10,567 bases of DNA from an uncultured Flavobacteriales bacterium (GTDB taxonomy: Bacteria; Bacteroidota; Bacteroidia; Flavobacteriales_E; Vicingaceae), in the NCBI GenBank assembly GCA_937925525.1, contig CALALS010000009.1, forward strand, positions 1-10,567. Direction: 5' to 3'. Made by a program: the position numbers and the translations under genes. Shown piece by piece: positions 7,786-10,567 of the stretch. A model generated the notes under the pieces. That model worked only from the letters and a program-made list of their open reading frames with translations, made no database searches and was not told the DNA's origin. Position 1 is the first letter of the stretch, and the number at the start of each line of letters is the position of its first letter.

Positions 7786-9189
7786 ATGGGACAATTTGTT
7801 ATTATAGGAATATCAGCAGGAATTTTATTCCTATTCATCTTAATTTATTCAATGTTCAGAAGGTACAAACGTTGTCCCTCAGATAGAATATTAGTAGTAT
7901 ATGGTAAAGTAGGTTCAGGAAGTGATGGTTCTCGTTCTGCAAAATGTATTCACGGTGGTGCAGCATTTATCTGGCCTATCATTCAAGATTATGAGTTCTT
8001 AGACTTAACTCCACTTTCTATTGACATAGACCTGAAAGGAGCATTAAGTAAACAAAACATTCGGGTTGATGTTCCTTCACGTTTTACTGTGGGTATTTCT
8101 ACCGAGCCGGGCATTATGACCAATGCCGCAGAACGTTTATTAGGTCTGCAACAACAACAAATTTATGACCTTGCCAAAGACATCATTTTCGGGCAACTGC
8201 GTTTGGTAGTAGCCACTATGGATATTGAAGAAATCAATAACAACAGAGATAAATTTTTATCTAACGTAACCGCAAACGTTGAGGCTGAGCTTCAAAAAAT
8301 AGGGTTGAAACTGATTAACGTAAACGTTACCGATATTAAAGACGAATCGGGTTATATAGAAGCTTTGGGTAAAGAAGCTGCCGCAAAAGCCATAAACGAT
8401 GCCAAAAGAAGTGTAGCAGAAAAAAACAGAGACGGTTCTATTGGTGAGGCTAACGCCATGCAGGACCAAAGAGTGCAAGTAGCCAATGCCGATGCCAAAG
8501 CTGTAGAAGGAGAAAACTTAGCCAAAATTCAGATTGCTAATTCAGAAGCATTAAGAAGAGAAAAAGAAGCAGAAGCTTTAAAGCTAGCCACCGCAGCAGA
8601 AAAAGTACAAGCCGCAAAAGCATTACAAGAAGCTTACGCAGCAGAGCAACAAGCAGAAGACGCCAGAGCGGAAAAAGAAAAAGCAAGCCAACAAGCCGAC
8701 ATCATTGTTTCGGTAGAAATTGAAAAACGTAAAATTGAAATTCAGGCAGAAGCAGAAGCAGAAAACATCAGAAGAATTGCAAAAGGTAAAGCAGACGGTG
8801 TTTTGTTTGAAAAAGAAGCAGAAGCAAAAGGTATTTTTGAAGTATTAACCAAACAAGCAGAAGGCTTAAACCAAATTGTAAAAGCTGCGGGTAATGATGT
8901 AAATGGTGCTGCATTATTAATTATTGCAGACAAACTACAAGACCTTGTTAAACTACAGTCAGAAGCTATTAAAAACATTAAAATTGACAAAGTTACGGTT
9001 TGGGATGGCGGTAACGGTGGAAAAGACGGCAAAACCTCAACGGCTAATTTCTTATCGGGCATTTATCAATCCGTTCCTCCGTTAGACGAAGTATTTAAAA
9101 TGACGGGCATGGAGTTACCTAAATACCTAAAAGGAGAAAAGAAAGACGAACAACAAGCAGACACAGAACCCGACAACAAAACTGAATAG
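7786..9189 (+). CDS. Flotillin-family SPFH (band 7) domain protein (YqiK/FloT-like)
   Basis: 467 aa. It has an N-terminal TM anchor (FVIIGISAGILFLFILIYSMF) and then an SPFH domain (RILVVYGKVG...IWPIIQDYEFLDLTPLSIDIDLKGALSKQNIRVDVPSRFTVGI...). A long Ala/Glu/Lys/Gln-rich coiled-coil region with EA-type repeats (AEAEAENIRRIAKGKADG..., EAEALKLATAAEKVQAAKALQEAYAAEQQAEDARAEKEK) is characteristic of flotillins. The C-terminus ends in an acidic tail. Confidence 0.9.
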   Translation: MGQFVIIGISAGILFLFILIYSMFRRYKRCPSDRILVVYGKVGSGSDGSRSAKCIHGGAAFIWPIIQDYEFLDLTPLSIDIDLKGALSKQNIRVDVPSRFTVGISTEPGIMTNAAERLLGLQQQQIYDLAKDIIFGQLRLVVATMDIEEINNNRDKFLSNVTANVEAELQKIGLKLINVNVTDIKDESGYIEALGKEAAAKAINDAKRSVAEKNRDGSIGEANAMQDQRVQVANADAKAVEGENLAKIQIANSEALRREKEAEALKLATAAEKVQAAKALQEAYAAEQQAEDARAEKEKASQQADIIVSVEIEKRKIEIQAEAEAENIRRIAKGKADGVLFEKEAEAKGIFEVLTKQAEGLNQIVKAAGNDVNGAALLIIADKLQDLVKLQSEAIKNIKIDKVTVWDGGNGGKDGKTSTANFLSGIYQSVPPLDEVFKMTGMELPKYLKGEKKDEQQADTEPDNKTE

Positions 9190-9240
9190 AAATTTGAAGT
9201 GTTGAAGGCTAAGTTTTAAGTGTTAAATAAAAACTTCTCC

Positions 9241-9252
9241 CTTGAGAGATGG
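9241..9252. repeat. Left arm of an imperfect inverted repeat (CTTGAGAGATGG) flanking the small minus-strand ORF
   Basis: The reverse complement of 9565..9578 is CTTGCGAGAGATGG. This equals CTTGAGAGATGG with a 2-nt insertion (CG). The arms lie about 320 bp apart and enclose the ORF at 9283..9543. Confidence 0.4.
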
Positions 9253-9282
9253 AGAGAGTGATTAATTTCTAGTGCCTATTTC

Positions 9283-9543
9283 CTAATTCTTAGTTGTAGT
9301 TCTGATTTCAGACAATGTTTTAATACCTAAGGACTCCATATAAAGAATCAAACATGAAATAGACTCACCCTCCCAAGCATTTTCATAAATATTAAAGTTA
9401 CTCTCGGCTTTTTTCAAATCTTTAAGGGTCGTCTTATTTAAATCTATTTTTAAATAAGATGAAACTTCTCTCAAGTATTCCTCTATTCCTTCACACTCCC
9501 TTGGCCAACTTGAAATAGCCTCATTTAATAAATTATTTTCCAT
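9283..9543 (-). CDS. Hypothetical small acidic protein (86 aa) with no recognisable domain
   Basis: It is the only ORF of appreciable length (86 aa) in the 9190..10112 non-coding gap. The product is MENNLLNEAISSWPRECEGIEEYLREVSSYLKIDLNKTTLKDLKKAESNFNIYENAWEGESISCLILYMESLGIKTLSEIRTTTKN, Glu/Lys-rich with no TM segment or obvious motif. It is convergent with the flotillin gene. A coding call cannot be confirmed from sequence alone. Confidence 0.4.
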   Translation of the reverse strand: MENNLLNEAISSWPRECEGIEEYLREVSSYLKIDLNKTTLKDLKKAESNFNIYENAWEGESISCLILYMESLGIKTLSEIRTTTKN

Positions 9544-9564
9544 AAATTTTATCTCGTTATACCC

Positions 9565-9578
9565 CCATCTCTCGCAAG
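9565..9578. repeat. Right arm of the imperfect inverted repeat (CCATCTCTCGCAAG, rc CTTGCGAGAGATGG)
   Basis: See the left arm at 9241..9252. It lies 22 nt upstream (in minus-strand orientation) of the small ORF start at 9543. Confidence 0.4.
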
Positions 9579-9658
9579 CGTCCGCTTGTGAGTAAAAATA
9601 GCAATAAATTAGTTTACTTCAGCTTTAGTTTCCACTTTTAGAAGCACTGACTAAAACC

Positions 9659-10078
9659 ACTTAAGCAAGGTACTACAGAACTTTACACAAGTGTTGAACA
9701 ACTTTACCTGCTTTTACAACAACTTGAGATAGGCATACAATGACTTATCCGACTTATTCCGTTACTTACGCTTGATTTACAACCACTTGAGATGGATGTC
9801 CAGCTACTTACGCTGTATGTACATAAACTTACCGGACTTGTTCATTAACTTACGCTTGATGTTTTTTGACTTACGCTACTTCTAACACAACTTACCCTGC
9901 TTCTTTTGCAGCTCACGCTGTTTGTATTTTGACTTACGCATGAGATATTTTAACTTACGCTTTATGTTTTTGAACTTACGCTGCTTCTCGCATAACTTAC
10001 CATGCTTGTATTACCACTTACGCTGCTTACTCCGCAACTCAAGAGCCTTGTCATTTAACTAAAAACAGATGTAATAAC
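9659..10078. repeat. Non-coding tandem array of ~20 units with an exact 21-bp period; conserved 5' half (consensus ACTTACGCTG) and variable 3' half
   Basis: Unit starts fall at 9659+21k for k=0..19, each beginning ACT(T). The fully conserved core ACTTACGC(T/A) occurs at 9764, 9806, 9848, 9869, 9932, 9953, 9974 and 10016. Variants ACTTACC(G/C/A), ACTTATCC, ACTTGAGAT and GCTCACGCTG occur at the other positions. The only length deviations are a compensating +1/-1 pair, at units 9890 (22 bp) and 9912 (20 bp). More degenerate ACTT-phased units extend upstream to ~9616. There are stops in all six frames. Confidence 0.85.
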
Positions 10079-10112
10079 ACCAAAGGGAAACAACAGAAAA
10101 CAAAAGGCTTTT

Positions 10113-10567
10113 TTAATACACCAAAAGCTCTTGCAGTTTTTGCTCAAAGCGTTTGTTAGGCATAAAGTTTTCTTCTAATTGGTTAATAAACGGTATGGGC
10201 GTATCCAGCGCACCCACTCTCACTACCGGAGCATCTAAGTTTTCAAAGCAGTGTTCGTTTATCAAACTAGCAATGTCGGCACCAATACCACCCGTTAAGC
10301 TATCTTCGTGCAATACAATGGCTTTGCCTGTTTTGTTTACAGAGGCATAAATGGCTTCGGTATCTAATGGAGCCAGTGTGCGCAAATCAATTAAATCTGC
10401 AGAAATGTTGGGGTTTTCATTCAAATAACTCAATGCCCAATGCACGCCCAAACCATAAGTAATTATGCTCACATCTGTTCCTTCTTTTAAAAGCTTGGCT
10501 TTACCAAACGGTAAGGTATAATAATCATCAGGAATTTCTTGGGTAACGCTTCGGTAAAGTGCTTTAT
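10113..10567 (-). CDS. Partial CDS (3' portion; the gene continues beyond the window end): 2-oxoacid (pyruvate/branched-chain alpha-keto acid) dehydrogenase E1 component, transketolase-like C-terminal domain (beta subunit or fused alpha/beta)
   Basis: The minus-strand translation is open to the window edge: ...PDDYYTLPFGKAKLLKEGTDVSIITYGLGVHWALSYL...ADLIDLRTLAPLDTEAIYASVNKTGKAIVLHEDSLTGGIGADIASLINEHCFENLDAPVVRVGALDTPIPF... This matches the conserved E1-beta / transketolase C-terminal domain pattern (DVTIITYG, IDLRTLxPLD, GGxGAEIAAxIxExxFxxLDAPVxRV). The 'M' in the ORF track is an internal GTG (Val) codon. Confidence 0.85.
   Translation of the reverse strand, partial: KALYRSVTQEIPDDYYTLPFGKAKLLKEGTDVSIITYGLGVHWALSYLNENPNISADLIDLRTLAPLDTEAIYASVNKTGKAIVLHEDSLTGGIGADIASLINEHCFENLDAPVVRVGALDTPIPFINQLEENFMPNKRFEQKLQELLVY

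Noticed and set aside
9231-9262. Rho-independent terminator between the convergent flotillin and small-ORF genes (TCTCC-CTTGAGAGAT-GGAGA hairpin)
   Set aside because: It has only a 5-bp stem, a 10-nt loop and no T-tract on either strand. Bacteroidota terminators are often non-canonical, so this cannot be called from sequence.
9744-9752. DnaA-box-like word (CTTATCCGA, compare TTATCCACA) in one array unit, suggesting an origin of replication
   Set aside because: It is a single partial match. The other units do not carry TTATnCACA, no dnaA gene is adjacent, and no AT-rich DNA-unwinding element is evident. It was insufficient to call oriC.
9885-10010. Possible small protein with K/R-rich heptad repeats encoded on the minus strand of the array. 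The frame reads ...CEKQRK FKNIKRK LKYLMRK SKYKQRE LQKKQGK..., open for ~42 codons.
   Set aside because: The open stretch is bounded by stops at 10011..10013 and 9882..9884 and has no start codon near its 5' end. The heptad pattern is an automatic consequence of the 21-bp DNA period (the core rc CAGCGTAAG gives QRK). All other frames have stops within one or two units.
9659-10078. CRISPR array interpretation of the 21-bp repeat region
   Set aside because: The conserved part of each unit is only ~10 bp and the variable part ~11 bp. Both are far below CRISPR repeat (>=23 bp) and spacer (>=26 bp) sizes. No cas genes or leader are in the window, and the variable halves fall into related subfamilies rather than being unique.

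Overview
The window is AT-rich chromosomal DNA that looks like Bacteroidota. The evidence is three T9SS C-terminal sorting domains, signal peptides without Shine-Dalgarno dependence, and TAnnTTTG-type promoter motifs.

Gene content from left to right:
- 1..177 (-): the 5' end of a secDF-like gene, running off the window start.
- 319..7118 (+): three head-to-tail paralogous genes of about 750-770 aa each. Each encodes a signal peptide, many FG-GAP/VCBS-like calcium-binding repeats (DxDxDG motifs) and a T9SS type A C-terminal sorting domain. Each downstream copy overlaps the stop codon of the previous one by exactly 23 nt.
- 7196..9189 (+): a two-gene operon, an NfeD-like OB-fold membrane protein followed 2 nt later by a flotillin/SPFH (band 7) protein with a long Glu/Ala/Lys-rich coiled coil.
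- 9283..9543 (-): an orphan 86-aa acidic ORF, bracketed by a short imperfect inverted repeat.
- 9659..10078: a non-coding array of about 20 tandem units of exactly 21 bp. Each unit has a conserved ACTTACGCTG-like core and a variable second half, and the register is perfectly maintained.
- 10113..10567 (-): the 3' part of a 2-oxoacid dehydrogenase E1 (transketolase-like C-terminal domain) gene, running off the window end.

The most unusual element is the 21-bp phased array and its motif links to the inverted repeats around the small ORF. The triplicated, overlap-coupled secreted beta-propeller-like genes are the second point of interest. No CRISPR, tRNA, rRNA or obvious transposase is present.
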